In this document: in pieces, positions 35,259 to 45,921 of the stretch
How positions within the stretch are numbered: the stretch's first letter is position 1
Layout: the number at the start of each line of letters is the position of its first letter
Source: Planctomycetota bacterium
GTDB lineage: Bacteria; Planctomycetota; Phycisphaerae; WQYP01
Assembly: GCA_021831565.1 (NCBI GenBank)
Contig: JAKBMM010000009.1
Location: 3,605-67,604 of the forward strand
Reading direction: 5' to 3'
Length of the DNA stretch: 64,000 nucleotides
Program-made: the position numbers and the translations under genes
Notes under the pieces: generated by a model
What the model saw: only the letters and a program-made list of their open reading frames with translations
Told to the model about the DNA's origin: nothing
Databases searched by the model: none

Positions 35259-36509
35259 ATGTCAAATGTAAGTCGCCGTGATTTTGTGAAGTTCATGGGT
35301 TGGACGGCGGCGGGGCTGGCCGCTTGTCAGTGGACCTCTTTTGCCGAGGCCGGCGAGATCATCGCACGCGAGGGCAAGGGATACCTCGAACGAATCAACG
35401 GAAATCTCGTTCTGCACGTGGCGGGCAGCCCCCGGGAAATGGGTTGGCAACACGGAGTGCTGCTGCGGCCGCATGTGCGCGACAACGTGAATAACACGCT
35501 TTACGTGGAAGGGTTTGCGGCGACGGTGGCAACGGGGGAACCTTTTCTAAGCCGCATTCAGAAGGCTTGGCGAGAGCTCCAGCCGCACATCCCGCCCGCG
35601 TATATTACCGAGATGAATGCCCTGGCCGCGGGCGCCGGGATGCAGGCGCGGGAGATTCATTACGCCAATGTTTTCCCGGAATTGTTTCACTGTACCGGCT
35701 TCGCACTCATGGGCAAGGCGACGAAAAACGGCGTGCTGTATCACGGACGCAACCTCGATTACTTCACGGGTATTGGTCTGGAAAAGAATGCCGTGGTCAT
35801 CGTGTACCGTCCCGACTACGGATACGCATGGGTTAACGTCGGTTATGCGGGCTTCATCGGTACGGTCACGGCGATGAACGAAAAGCAGATCGCCATGGGT
35901 GAAATAGGCGGACAAAACAACGACAAATGGAACGGGATGCCGATGGCGGATCTGATGCGGTATGTCATGGAACATGCGGCCACCCTGGATGAAGCCGTCG
36001 AAATCGTGCGCCGTACCCCGCGCACTTGTTCGTACCATTACGTGATCAGCGACGGCAAAAGCAATCGCGCTATCGCCATCTACGCCACGCCCAGTGTGTT
36101 TCAAACCGCCGGGCCCGGGCAGTACAACCCTGAGCTTCAACCCACGCCGGTCGCGGACACCGTTATGGTTTCATCCGGGAAACATTACAAGAAGCTGGTG
36201 GAACGTGTGAAAAGAAATTACGGCCGTATCGACACCAAAATCGCCATCGCGCTGATGAAACGTCCCGTGGCTTTTCAACAAAATCTGCAATCCGTGCTGT
36301 TCGTTCCTCACACCCTGAATTTCTGGGCGGCCAATGCCCGCGGACTGAGTCCCGCCTGCGATCAACCCTACACCCATTACAACCTGGCCGAATTGCTGCA
36401 CGAGCGTGTCCCGATCGCCAACGGGTTTCACCGCCCGGCAGGTATAGGGTCGGTAAGGGCGCAGAGCGAGCGGCCCGCGAAAGCCGCCGGGATGGCGGTG
36501 CGGGGATAA
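35259..36509 (+). CDS. Peptidase C45 / acyl-CoA:6-APA acyltransferase-like Ntn hydrolase with Tat signal
   Basis: Twin-arginine leader SRRDFVKFMGWTAAGLAA. Nucleophile context FHCTGFALMGKATKNGVLYHGRNLDY. Confidence 0.7.
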   Translation: MSNVSRRDFVKFMGWTAAGLAACQWTSFAEAGEIIAREGKGYLERINGNLVLHVAGSPREMGWQHGVLLRPHVRDNVNNTLYVEGFAATVATGEPFLSRIQKAWRELQPHIPPAYITEMNALAAGAGMQAREIHYANVFPELFHCTGFALMGKATKNGVLYHGRNLDYFTGIGLEKNAVVIVYRPDYGYAWVNVGYAGFIGTVTAMNEKQIAMGEIGGQNNDKWNGMPMADLMRYVMEHAATLDEAVEIVRRTPRTCSYHYVISDGKSNRAIAIYATPSVFQTAGPGQYNPELQPTPVADTVMVSSGKHYKKLVERVKRNYGRIDTKIAIALMKRPVAFQQNLQSVLFVPHTLNFWAANARGLSPACDQPYTHYNLAELLHERVPIANGFHRPAGIGSVRAQSERPAKAAGMAVRG

Positions 36510-36984
36510 TCGATTCGGGCGTCAGGTGCATCGCCCCGGCACAGGCCACAATCACAGCGCCCAGAAGTACACAGACGGATAGCCACTTTTTATTGGAGCG
36601 GCGGAATGTTTCAAACGCGGGGGCTCGGCCGGCCAGAACGGCAATGAGAAAGAAGAATGCCAGTGCCGCAAGCATTTTTACGGTGAAAAGAATCTGATAC
36701 ACCGGCGGCTTGTCCCGCAGGTTAATCACCACGAGCAACCAATACACGCCCGAACCAATTTGCGTCAGGGTGAGAATCCCCACCGCCATGCGCCATGGTT
36801 TGTTGATGCGATTCCACATCGTCCGGCGGATATCCGCATCCAATTTTTCCATGGCGGGACATAGAAACAGGCGCATGAATACCACCGCGCCGATCAGAAC
36901 GATCGCGGAACCAATGTGGGTCCAGCGCATGAGCAGCGTAATCCAGAAAAGGTGCTGGTTCGTGGACATCCGGACCTCCGTCAT
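36163..36984 (-). CDS. Hypothetical membrane protein (only the first ~160 codons look protein-like)
   Basis: Four hydrophobic helices between 36984 and about 36510. The frame stays open to 36163 through Arg-rich sequence that is antisense to the end of the C45 gene. The true 3' end is uncertain. Confidence 0.4.
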   Translation of the reverse strand: MTEVRMSTNQHLFWITLLMRWTHIGSAIVLIGAVVFMRLFLCPAMEKLDADIRRTMWNRINKPWRMAVGILTLTQIGSGVYWLLVVINLRDKPPVYQILFTVKMLAALAFFFLIAVLAGRAPAFETFRRSNKKWLSVCVLLGAVIVACAGAMHLTPESIIPAPPSRRLSRAARSAPLPTLYLPGGETRWRSGHARAAIRPGCNGCRVDRRRDSVRGHWPPRNSGCEERTARIADFVEKPRDVSSARWRFWCRYGRNFFSHVPPASCNVSRMKP

Positions 36985-37011
36985 TCGCCGGGAGAGATAT
37001 TCTGATTGTTT

Positions 37012-37569
37012 TCAGGCCGACGAATCATGCCTTTTTTCTCGCCGCCGGTAGAACTTTTCCGGATGCTCGGTATGCGCGGTGGCCAGCTCAATGTAAAGGC
37101 GGTTGTTGTCCCGCAGACGCTCCAGCTCATCCGGACGAACCGGGCGAACCACCTTGGCCGGTACACCCATGACCACCTGGCCATCAGGCACCCTGGTTCC
37201 GGGCGAAACGACCGCCCCGGCGGCTACCATACAGTTTTCTCCGATCACCGCGCCGCCGAGCAAGACAGCCTTAATGCCTATAAGAGTTCCCGCACCGATC
37301 CATTTGCCATGCACTACCGCGCCATGGCCGATACTCACTCGATCACCGATGGTCAACGGTTCGCCGGTATCGCAGTGAAGGACCGCGCCGTCTTGCACAT
37401 TTACAGCCAGCCCCAGCGTAATCGGTGCAATATCACCGCGAATCACCGCCCCGAACCAGATACTGCAATCGGCGCCGAGCGTAACATCCCCGCAGATAAC
37501 AGCGCTGGTGGCCTGCCAGTGGCGCTTGAAGCGCCGCATCCACTCGTTGCTGATAAAATTTTTCGTCAT
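37012..37569 (-). CDS. Gamma-carbonic-anhydrase-like / hexapeptide-repeat (PaaY/YrdA) protein
   Basis: Left-handed beta-helix hexapeptides SIWFGAVIRGDIAPITLGLAVNVQDGAVLHCD...IGHGAVVHG. Confidence 0.8.
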   Translation of the reverse strand: MTKNFISNEWMRRFKRHWQATSAVICGDVTLGADCSIWFGAVIRGDIAPITLGLAVNVQDGAVLHCDTGEPLTIGDRVSIGHGAVVHGKWIGAGTLIGIKAVLLGGAVIGENCMVAAGAVVSPGTRVPDGQVVMGVPAKVVRPVRPDELERLRDNNRLYIELATAHTEHPEKFYRRREKRHDSSA

Positions 37570-37917
37570 GGTGCGCAAGTCCCGTCTCAACACTATAGAT
37601 TGCGGCCGCGGCGGCCCGTCCCGCCACGCGGGCTTGTCTCACACGCGGTGGACGCTATATCTACTGTCTACTGATACCATTGATACCATATTCCGACGTT
37701 ATCTCAACCCGTGCGATATGGAGAAAAAATGATACTCCCGAAAGAAACAATGCCGGTCTGGGCAGACCGGAACCCTCCAGGGTGTGATTCGGGCCCCAAG
37801 GACGATTGATCAGGTTCGGTCCCAGGGCCGTGTTGGACTTCCGAAATTTTCCGCGATGTGTAAAATGCCAGCAAGCCAATTGGAGAAGCTCGACACGCTG
37901 CATAAGGATATCCACCG

Positions 37918-39099
37918 ATGAAAACCGACCATCTCCTGCCGCTGCTGGATGCCTTCAAAATTGAACTGCCTTCCTGGGGCTTCGCCGATACCGGCACCCG
38001 TTTTGGCAAGTTTCTGCAGGACGCCGCCGCCGTCACTATCGAAGAAAAGCTCGCCGACGCGGGCCACGTGCATGCCCTGACCGGATGCTGCCCCACGGTG
38101 GCGGTGCATGTGCTGTGGGATTTCCGCAAGGATCAGCCGGCGGAGAAAGTGGCGAGTCTGGCAAAAAAATATGGCGTGGCTATCGGTGCGATTAACCCGA
38201 ATGTGTTTCAGGACCAGCAATACAAATGGGGCAGCCTCGCCAACCGTTCGGAGAAAATCCGGGAAATGGCCATCGACCACATTCTCGACGCCATCCGGAT
38301 CGGTCAGGCGGTCGGGAGCGATTGGCTTTCCCTGTGGTTCGCCGATGGAACCAATTACCCCGGTCAGTCCGACATCATTGCCCGCAAGAAATGGATGGCG
38401 GCGGCGTTGAACCGGCTGCATGAGGCGATGCCGGCGAATATGACCATGCTCGTCGAATACAAACCGTTCGAGCCGGCGTTTTACGCAACCGACATTGCCG
38501 ACTGGGGCATGGCGCTCCTGTTGGCGCGATTCGCCGGCGAACGGGCCAAAGTTCTCGTGGATACCGGTCATCATTACCAGGCGACGAATATCGAACAGAT
38601 CGTCGCCTGGCTGCTGGATGAAAATATGCTCGGCGGATTCCATTTCAATGACCGCAAATATGCCGACGACGATTTGACTCTCGGGTCCATTGATCCCTAC
38701 CAGATATTCCGCATTTTCCATGAAATTGAGAATCACCGGTTCCGTACGGGAAATTTGCCGCCGCTGGCTTACATGGTCGATCAAAGCCACAATCTCAAAC
38801 CTAAAATTGAAGCGATGATTCAGACTGTTGATCTTGCCCAGCAGCTTTACCTCAAGGCGGTCCTGGTGGACCGCAAGCGGCTCTGGGCGGCCCAGGAACG
38901 CGAAGACCTGGTAACCAGTGAAAATATTCTGCGCGATGCGTTCCTGACCGATGTGCGGCCGCTTCTGGCCCGGTGGAGAAAAGACCGTCAATTGCCGGAG
39001 GATCCGCTTGCGGCGCACCGCCAGAGCGGTTACGAGGCCAAAGCGGCGGCGCAACGTCGCCGGAATCATCCCGACAAAGGTGGCGCCGCGTATGCATGA
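37918..39099 (+). CDS. Sugar isomerase of the xylose-isomerase-like TIM-barrel type (L-rhamnose-isomerase-like)
   Basis: 393 aa. N-terminus LLDAFKIELPSWGFADTGTRFGKF and DTGHH metal motif, as in the short L-rhamnose isomerases. Assignment from memory. Confidence 0.6.
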   Translation: MKTDHLLPLLDAFKIELPSWGFADTGTRFGKFLQDAAAVTIEEKLADAGHVHALTGCCPTVAVHVLWDFRKDQPAEKVASLAKKYGVAIGAINPNVFQDQQYKWGSLANRSEKIREMAIDHILDAIRIGQAVGSDWLSLWFADGTNYPGQSDIIARKKWMAAALNRLHEAMPANMTMLVEYKPFEPAFYATDIADWGMALLLARFAGERAKVLVDTGHHYQATNIEQIVAWLLDENMLGGFHFNDRKYADDDLTLGSIDPYQIFRIFHEIENHRFRTGNLPPLAYMVDQSHNLKPKIEAMIQTVDLAQQLYLKAVLVDRKRLWAAQEREDLVTSENILRDAFLTDVRPLLARWRKDRQLPEDPLAAHRQSGYEAKAAAQRRRNHPDKGGAAYA

Positions 39100-39967
39100 C
39101 AAGAGAATTCCCATGCCCGATGAGATAACTCTCCGGCCCGAGCGTCCGCTGCTGGCCGCGGTGACCAATCTGGGAGCATGGACGACTGAATCCATTCAGG
39201 CCGTCGGCGACTTCGGCGTCTTTATGTTTAGTGTTTTACACTGGATTATCCGCGGACCCGGACGCCGCTCCGCGCGCGACACGTTCGCGCAAATGTATGA
39301 AATGGGGACCCGCTCGATCCCCGTGGTGATGATTACCGGTGGATTCATCGGGGCGGTTCTGGCCATCGAAACCTACCCCCAGTTTCATCAGATCGGAATC
39401 GCCAACCGGCTCGGCGGGGTAATTGTCGTAAGCGTGGTCAAACAACTCGGACCCATTCTTACGGCGGTGATGTTGGCCGGCCGCGTGGGCGGGGCTATGA
39501 CGGCGGAACTGGGCACCATGAAGGTCACCGAGCAGATCGACGCGCTGCGGACGATGGCCGCGGATCCGGTGCGCACGCTGGTGGTGCCGCGCATTCTGGC
39601 CTGTGTCCTGATGACCCCCGTCCTGACCACGTACAGCGACGCCGTTGGCATCTTGGGAGGTTGGGCTGTCGCCGTGGGTGTCGAGGGCGTGCGGAACTAT
39701 CCTTTCTGGCATTACGCGCAAGTGGGAACCGATCTGTACGCCATTAATGTCGGATTGATTAAAAGCATTGCCTTTGGGATTGTCATCGGCGCCATTGCCT
39801 GTTACAAGGGATTCCGTTGCGGAGCCGGCGCGCAAGGCGTCGGACGCGCCTGCACCGAGAGCTTTGTCACCAGTTTTTGCATTATCCTGGTGGTGAATTT
39901 CATCCTGGCGGTGGCGTTCAACAACATCTTCGTGATCCTCTGGCCGAACCGGCCGGGCCTTCTCTGA
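39092..39967 (+). CDS. mlaE: MlaE-family ABC transporter permease
   Basis: Polytopic. GFIGAVLAIETYPQF...VVKQLGPILTAVMLAGRVGGAMTAELGTMKVTEQIDAL signature. ATG 39092 overlaps the previous stop. Confidence 0.85.
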   Translation: MHDKRIPMPDEITLRPERPLLAAVTNLGAWTTESIQAVGDFGVFMFSVLHWIIRGPGRRSARDTFAQMYEMGTRSIPVVMITGGFIGAVLAIETYPQFHQIGIANRLGGVIVVSVVKQLGPILTAVMLAGRVGGAMTAELGTMKVTEQIDALRTMAADPVRTLVVPRILACVLMTPVLTTYSDAVGILGGWAVAVGVEGVRNYPFWHYAQVGTDLYAINVGLIKSIAFGIVIGAIACYKGFRCGAGAQGVGRACTESFVTSFCIILVVNFILAVAFNNIFVILWPNRPGLL

Positions 39968-39973
39968 CGGTAG

Positions 39974-40774
39974 GTGCAAGCCATGGCGTCCCCGGATGAG
40001 AAATCAAATTCGCCCATCATTCGATTCGAAGACGTTCACAAACGGTTCGGACCGCTGGTGGTGCTCGACGGCTTAACCCTCGACGTTTTCGCCGATCAGA
40101 CTACCGTCGTGATCGGTCCTTCCGGCGTCGGAAAGTCCGTGCTGCTGAAACATATCGTCGGTCTGCTGCGGCCCGATGCCGGACGTATCTATTTTCACGA
40201 CCAACGGATCGACACCCTTGGCGAACGCGCTTTTGAACCGATCCGTAAACGCATCGGATTTCTGTTCCAACTGGGCGCTCTGTTCGATTCCATGAACGTT
40301 TATGACAATGTGGCCTTTCCGCTGCGCCGGCAGGGCGGCAAATCGGAGTCCCAAATCCGCGACATCGTGCATGAAAAACTCGCCGTTGTCGGAATGGAAG
40401 GCGGAGAAAACAAGATGCCCGCGGACCTCTCCGGCGGCCAGCGCAAGCGCGTGGCGCTCGCCCGCGCCATCGCCATGAACCCGGAAGTGATTTTATATGA
40501 CGAACCCACCACCGGTCTGGACCCCATCCGCGCCGATGTTATCAACGAACTGATCCTCAAGCTCAAGGAAGAACTCAACGTTACCGGCGTGGTCGTTACG
40601 CACGACATGGCCAGCGCGTTCAAGGTGGCCGACCAGATCGTTATGCTGTTCAATGGACAAATTGTCGCCCGCGGCTCGGCGGACCAGTTGCGATCCTGCC
40701 CCGATGAACGCGTGCAGCGTTTCATCCAGGGACGGGCTGACAGCGAAGAGCTTAAAGCGCTCAACCGAATATAA
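39974..40774 (+). CDS. mlaF: MlaF-family ABC transporter ATP-binding protein
   Basis: Walker A GPSGVGKS, signature LSGGQRKRVALARA, Walker B ILYDEPTTGLD. GTG at 39974 or ATG at 39983. Confidence 0.88.
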   Translation: MQAMASPDEKSNSPIIRFEDVHKRFGPLVVLDGLTLDVFADQTTVVIGPSGVGKSVLLKHIVGLLRPDAGRIYFHDQRIDTLGERAFEPIRKRIGFLFQLGALFDSMNVYDNVAFPLRRQGGKSESQIRDIVHEKLAVVGMEGGENKMPADLSGGQRKRVALARAIAMNPEVILYDEPTTGLDPIRADVINELILKLKEELNVTGVVVTHDMASAFKVADQIVMLFNGQIVARGSADQLRSCPDERVQRFIQGRADSEELKALNRI

Positions 40775-40886
40775 GCATTTTATTTGCACAATCCGCCTGG
40801 GGACCGTGGAAAATCCGGGTGGAAAATTATGGTGGATGACAGCGCGGCGGCCTGGGGTTATGATGACGCCTTTTCAGGAGAACCCT

Positions 40887-41222
40887 ATGATGGCGGAAGA
40901 AACTCCCCCCTCCCCGCAGATTCCGACGACGGACAATCGCCAGCAATCGGTAAACGTGCAGGTCCGCGAAGAGAACATGAAGAGCGTCTACAGCAATATC
41001 GTGCGCATCAGCGGCACGCATGAGGAGCTGTTCGTCGATTTCGCGGTCAACATGCAGCATCACGATCAGCCCAATACGGCCATTATGGAAGTGAATACGC
41101 GGGTGATCATGAGCTTTTACGCCGCCAAGCGGCTGGCGCTGCACTTGAGCCAGGCGGTTCAACGCTACGAACAGATGTTCGGACCAATTCAACTTGATCC
41201 CCGTCAGCGGCAGATTCGCTAA
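40887..41222 (+). CDS. Small conserved protein, DUF3467-like
   Basis: 111 aa with AGGAG upstream. The YSNIVRISGTHEELFVDFAVN core is recalled as DUF3467-like. Confidence 0.45.
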   Translation: MMAEETPPSPQIPTTDNRQQSVNVQVREENMKSVYSNIVRISGTHEELFVDFAVNMQHHDQPNTAIMEVNTRVIMSFYAAKRLALHLSQAVQRYEQMFGPIQLDPRQRQIR

Positions 41223-41226
41223 GTTC

Positions 41227-42147
41227 ATGATGAATCCTCCGGCAACATGGCGGCGCTTGCGGCAGTGGTTGGAAACCGATGGCGCCTTCGGCGTCAAGGA
41301 AGTGCCGCTGGCCGCCGCCGTAGCCGCCGCGTTGCGCACGGGAACCGTGCGGTCTCCCCTCGCCGCGCCCGTTGTCGCATCCGCGCCAGGGTTGATCGGG
41401 CGGGAAGAAATCCGTCCGCCGGAGCCGGTGGTTTCTTATCAGTCGGTGTCGCCATCCCCCGGCGCCGGGATTCGCACGATCATTCCCGCCGCAACCGCAC
41501 TGCCGCCGATTCCCCCCGGCGATATCGCCGCTCTGGAGTCGTTGCCTCCCCAGGATCAAACCGCCCGGCTCGAACAACTGCAACGGCAGGCGGAGGCCGA
41601 GCTGAGCCTGTATCTTTCCGACATCGCCACCAAGGTGGTTTTTGGAGAGGGAGATGCGAATGCGGCGTTGATGTTTATCGGCGAGGGACCGGGAGCGGAA
41701 GAAGACCGCACCGGCCGACCTTTCGTGGGGCGCTCCGGCCAACTATTGGACAAAATGATCGGGGCCATGGGCTTGCAGCGTAAGCAGGTTTACATTGGAA
41801 ATATCGTCAAACTACGAGCGGCGGAGCATGATCTGGAAACGGGGCGGCCCAAGGACCGCCCCCCCACCCTGGCCGAGGTGGCATTGAGCATTCCCTGGCT
41901 GCACCGGCAGATCGAAATCATCCGGCCGAAAGTGATCGTAACGCTGGGACTGCCGGCTATTCGTCATTTGGTCGGCGAGACCGAAAATATGTCGCGCCTG
42001 CGCGGACAGTGGCGGGTGTACCGCGGCATACCCGTAATGCCGACCTATCACCCTTCCTTTTTGCTGCGGGCGTACACGCCGGAGAATCGTGGCAAGGTGT
42101 GGAGCGATCTGAAAAACGTGATGGCGAAACTGGGGTTGCCCGGATAA
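41227..42147 (+). CDS. Family 4 uracil-DNA glycosylase with Pro/Ala-rich N-terminal extension
   Basis: GEGPGAEEDRTGRPFVGRSGQLL and HPSFLLR motifs. About 130-aa low-complexity N-terminal region. Confidence 0.8.
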   Translation: MMNPPATWRRLRQWLETDGAFGVKEVPLAAAVAAALRTGTVRSPLAAPVVASAPGLIGREEIRPPEPVVSYQSVSPSPGAGIRTIIPAATALPPIPPGDIAALESLPPQDQTARLEQLQRQAEAELSLYLSDIATKVVFGEGDANAALMFIGEGPGAEEDRTGRPFVGRSGQLLDKMIGAMGLQRKQVYIGNIVKLRAAEHDLETGRPKDRPPTLAEVALSIPWLHRQIEIIRPKVIVTLGLPAIRHLVGETENMSRLRGQWRVYRGIPVMPTYHPSFLLRAYTPENRGKVWSDLKNVMAKLGLPG

Positions 42148-42184
42148 TCCAGCGTTGCATTGCGGATTCAATTTCCATCGTCCG

Positions 42185-42212
42185 TTGACGTTGGCCGCCG
42201 GCTCGGTATGAT
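42185..42212 (+). promoter_or_regulatory. Candidate sigma70-type promoter of recA
   Basis: TTGACG (42185-42190), 16 nt, TATGAT (42207-42212), about 64 nt upstream of the recA ATG. Confidence 0.4.
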
Positions 42213-42275
42213 GTTTCTGATCGGCACGCACGGCGGCGTGTGGGCCGTTCCAACATCACTTTTTGCGAGCTTATC

Positions 42276-43388
42276 ATGTCCAAAGAAAACGGAATTCCCA
42301 CGGCGCGCGAGCAGGCTCTCGAACGCGCCCTGTCTCAAATTGAAAAATCATACGGCAAAGGCGCCATCATGACCCTGGATGGCGCCAATCCGCTGGCCAT
42401 CGATGGCATTCCCACCGGCTCGCTGGGTTTGGACATTGCCCTGGGCGGCAAGGGAATGCCGCGGGGCAGAATCGTCGAGGTATTCGGACCGGAATCTTCC
42501 GGTAAGACAACGCTATGTCTGCACGTGATCGCCCAGGCTCAGAAAAAAGGCGGCGTGGCGGCTTTTGTGGATGCCGAGCACGCCTTGGATCCGACCTGGG
42601 CCAAGCGCCTTGGCGTGAGTCTTCAGAACTTACTGGTCAGCCAGCCCGACACCGGCGAACAGGCTCTGGAAATCGTCGAGCTGCTCGTGCGCAGCAACGC
42701 CGTCGATGTCATCGTCGTGGATTCGGTCGCGGCTCTGATTCCCAAGGCGGAAATTGAGGGTGAAATGGGCGACGCTTCCATGGGTATGCAGGCGCGCCTG
42801 ATGAGCCAGGCCATGCGTAAACTCACCGGCGCCGTTTCCAAGAGCAAATGCCTGGTCATGTTCATCAATCAGATACGCGAAAAAATCGGCGTGATGTTCG
42901 GCAACCCTGAAACCACCACCGGCGGCCGGGCCCTTAAGTTTTACAGCTCCGTCCGCGTGGATATCCGTCGCATCAACACCATCAAGGAAGGCGAAGTCGC
43001 CATCGGCAACCGGGTTCGCGCCAAGGTGGTCAAAAACAAGATCGCCCCACCGTTCCGCGATGCGGAATTCGACATTCTTTTTGACAGCGGCATCAGCTAC
43101 GAGGGCGACCTGCTGGACATCGCCGTGACGGATAACATGATCGAAAAAAGCGGGGCGTGGTTCAGCTATGGCCCGCTGCGGCTGGGCCAGGGAAGAGAGC
43201 AGGCCCGCCAGTTCCTGAAGGACAATGCCGAGGTGGCGCGGGAAATTCGCGAAAAAATTCTCACCCGCCGAATGCCGCCGGTCGAAGGATCGGAAAAACC
43301 GGGCGTGGAAAAACCACCCGCCCGGGCGGACGCAAAGGAAGCCAAACCATCCGCAGCCGAAAAAGTACTCGTCAAGGCCGGGCGGTAA
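42276..43388 (+). CDS. recA: Recombinase RecA
   Basis: [19 protein letters not shown], Walker [24 protein letters not shown]. Charged C-terminal tail. Confidence 0.97.
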   Translation: MSKENGIPTAREQALERALSQIEKSYGKGAIMTLDGANPLAIDGIPTGSLGLDIALGGKGMPRGRIVEVFGPESSGKTTLCLHVIAQAQKKGGVAAFVDAEHALDPTWAKRLGVSLQNLLVSQPDTGEQALEIVELLVRSNAVDVIVVDSVAALIPKAEIEGEMGDASMGMQARLMSQAMRKLTGAVSKSKCLVMFINQIREKIGVMFGNPETTTGGRALKFYSSVRVDIRRINTIKEGEVAIGNRVRAKVVKNKIAPPFRDAEFDILFDSGISYEGDLLDIAVTDNMIEKSGAWFSYGPLRLGQGREQARQFLKDNAEVAREIREKILTRRMPPVEGSEKPGVEKPPARADAKEAKPSAAEKVLVKAGR

Positions 43389-43397
43389 TAGATCGGC

Positions 43398-43712
43398 TCA
43401 ATCCAGATGAAACACCTCGTCCAGCGAGACCGACAGAGGGCTGTTGTCCGGATTGTGCGGCATGATGTCGCCCATGTATTTCCACCACTTCTGGCATATC
43501 GGCGTTGCGGCGATGGCGTTCCAGCGAGTTTCATCCTCGATTTCCACGTAGCCGAAAAGTTGCCGGGTTTGGGGATGTAGAAAAATTGAATAATTGTGCA
43601 CGCCGTGGGCCTTGAGAACACCGAGCATTTCCCGCCACACCGGATTGTGCCGGTGTTCGTATTCTTTTTCCTGGCCGCTGTGAACGGACATTACAAACGC
43701 TTTGCGAATCAT
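43398..43712 (-). CDS. rhaM: L-rhamnose mutarotase
   Basis: 104 aa. [29 protein letters not shown]...NYSIFLH pattern. Confidence 0.8.
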   Translation of the reverse strand: MIRKAFVMSVHSGQEKEYEHRHNPVWREMLGVLKAHGVHNYSIFLHPQTRQLFGYVEIEDETRWNAIAATPICQKWWKYMGDIMPHNPDNSPLSVSLDEVFHLD

Positions 43713-45874
43713 GGTTTTTTCTCCTCGGCCGCAAGATAGCCGTATTGCTTCATTGCTTCCGTCAGAAAGTCAAACATGTGGGTCTGCGTATCGGTCTTCC
43801 AGCGTCCGACCGCATCCGCTTTTACCGGCAATTTCACCAGAGAAAATCCGAGGAAATCGGAGAGGCGCTTGAGCGTGGCGTCCTGATCCAACACCATGTC
43901 TTCAAATCGCACGGTGATGAACCGCTGCGGGCGGGGCGTGGCGGCGATCATGTCCGCCTGGTATTTCCAGCTTAGCGCCCGCAGCCGCCGCACATCGTCA
44001 GTCGTTTCGCAGGGCGCGCCGAAATAGGCCAGGTTATCCGTCATGTGCTCCCCGATGACACAATCGCGCGGGTCGCGGATCCAGTGGATGTAATGCGCCT
44101 GCGGAAACATGCGGACGATCCAGGGAAAAATCAGCGTGGTTTCAGGCAATTTCCAGCCTTTTCGCAGGGCGGGACTGGCCAGAACATCGGCCAGATATTC
44201 CTCAACCAGCCGGCGAAATTCCGGATCAATCGGCATGTGATGCAGAGCGGAAAAATCCCATCGCGCCTCGCCCAGATAACGCACGTGGCGACCCATCACC
44301 CGGCACGCTTCATAAAGTTTTTCCGGCGGCGTCAGATCGCCGGAAACATTCTGCGTTGTGCCCATGTAGGTTCCGCTCTGGGCCAGGATGCGCGACATCA
44401 GGCGTGTGCCGGAATGCCCGCGGCCAATGATGGTAATCAGGGTGGTTTCGTCCGGCTTATGCTCGCCGCGATCACCGTAGGGATGCCGCGCCTGAAGTTT
44501 CGCCGCCTGCTTGGGATCGCCGATGTGCAGCGTATCGTAAGCCTGCTGGCTGGTTTTGAATGGTCCCACGCCCTTCTTGCCATGCCAGTCGCCCTGGGTA
44601 TGTATGGGATTCTCAATCCCGCTTTGCTTCTGGCGTTTTTCGATCCATGCATTCATCTGTTGGCGCAGATTCGCCACAATATCCGGCTTTTGTTCGGCCA
44701 GATTATGATCCTCGTGCGGATCCTGCCGCAGGTCGTAAAGCTCCACCGCCGGCTTGAAATGGAAATCCGGTTCGAGCGCCTCGATGAGTTTCCAGCGCGG
44801 CGTCCGCCAGCCGTGCTTGCGCATCCAGGTGCATTCGGTGATGTAGAACTCGCGGTCAAAATCTTTGGCTCGGCCGCGGATCAATTGCAGCAGCGATCGT
44901 CCGTCAAATTTATCGCCGGTTTTTAGTCCCGCCAGTTCCACCAGCGTCGGCACAAGATCCTTATGCTGGTTGTAGCCGGTGATGACGCGCCCCGTCGGAA
45001 CTTTTTTCGGATAGCGGATGACCAGCGGCACGTGCAGCGTGACATCGTACAGACCGTGGTGATCGAACCAGCATTCATGATCGTAAAGCGTCTCGCCATG
45101 GTCGCCGTTGAGCACCACGATGGTGTTGTCCAGGATTCCCAGCCGCATCAATTGCGTGAATATCCTTTCTATGCAGGCGTCCATATAGGCCAGCGCGCCG
45201 TCATACTGGGCAATCACATAATCCTTGTCGGCGATTCCCGGCGGCATCCAGCTTCGGAAAAAGTCCGCAAAGGGTTTGAACGCCAGCACCGGATCCATCG
45301 AACGGTTGGCCGGGTCCACTTCGTTGCCATGATAGAACATGCGGTCGTATGGCGGCGGCGGCAGATAGGGCGCGTGCGGGTCCATGTGCCGCAGCAGCAT
45401 GAAGAATGGTTTTTTTTCGCCGGAGAGGCGCTCAATTTCCGGAATGGTCACGGCGTTGAGATTCTCGGCTTTCTTGCTGGGCCCTTCATTCCACGCTCCC
45501 CACCCCGGGAATTCAATGTATTTGTCAAACCCCCGCGAGGCCGGATTCCACCCGAAACCTATGCAGGTGGTGTTGTAGCCGTTCGCTTTGCATATTTCCG
45601 GCAATGTATGAATTTCCTTCGGCAGCGTGCCGACGTGCCGCAGCGCCACCACCCGGGTGCCAAAACAATCCCGCCCCGTGAGCATGGATGAATACGCCGG
45701 AGTGGTCGGAATATGCTGGGAGTAGGTATGTGTGAAGCGCGTGCCCTGGCGGGCGAAGGCGTCCAGATGCGGCGTGGTCAGCCGGTGGTAGCCATAACAA
45801 CTCATGTGATCGGCCAGGAGCGAATCGACGGCGATCAGGAGGATATTGGGAGCCTTCCCAGTGGTTTTAGCCAT
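43709..45874 (-). CDS. Fusion protein: alkaline-phosphatase-superfamily sulfatase-like domain plus sulfotransferase domain
   Basis: N-terminal ~470 aa: [14 protein letters not shown]...[13 protein letters not shown]...LNGDHGE (sulfatase fold, Thr rather than the Cys/Ser-x-P-x-R nucleophile context). C-terminal ~230 aa: PAPS-binding-like [16 protein letters not shown] and WIRDPRDCV. Confidence 0.7.
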   Translation of the reverse strand: MAKTTGKAPNILLIAVDSLLADHMSCYGYHRLTTPHLDAFARQGTRFTHTYSQHIPTTPAYSSMLTGRDCFGTRVVALRHVGTLPKEIHTLPEICKANGYNTTCIGFGWNPASRGFDKYIEFPGWGAWNEGPSKKAENLNAVTIPEIERLSGEKKPFFMLLRHMDPHAPYLPPPPYDRMFYHGNEVDPANRSMDPVLAFKPFADFFRSWMPPGIADKDYVIAQYDGALAYMDACIERIFTQLMRLGILDNTIVVLNGDHGETLYDHECWFDHHGLYDVTLHVPLVIRYPKKVPTGRVITGYNQHKDLVPTLVELAGLKTGDKFDGRSLLQLIRGRAKDFDREFYITECTWMRKHGWRTPRWKLIEALEPDFHFKPAVELYDLRQDPHEDHNLAEQKPDIVANLRQQMNAWIEKRQKQSGIENPIHTQGDWHGKKGVGPFKTSQQAYDTLHIGDPKQAAKLQARHPYGDRGEHKPDETTLITIIGRGHSGTRLMSRILAQSGTYMGTTQNVSGDLTPPEKLYEACRVMGRHVRYLGEARWDFSALHHMPIDPEFRRLVEEYLADVLASPALRKGWKLPETTLIFPWIVRMFPQAHYIHWIRDPRDCVIGEHMTDNLAYFGAPCETTDDVRRLRALSWKYQADMIAATPRPQRFITVRFEDMVLDQDATLKRLSDFLGFSLVKLPVKADAVGRWKTDTQTHMFDFLTEAMKQYGYLAAEEKKP

Positions 45875-45921
45875 GATGGTATATACCTTTCATAAAAACA
45901 TTACGGAGCACGCTCCCCTTG

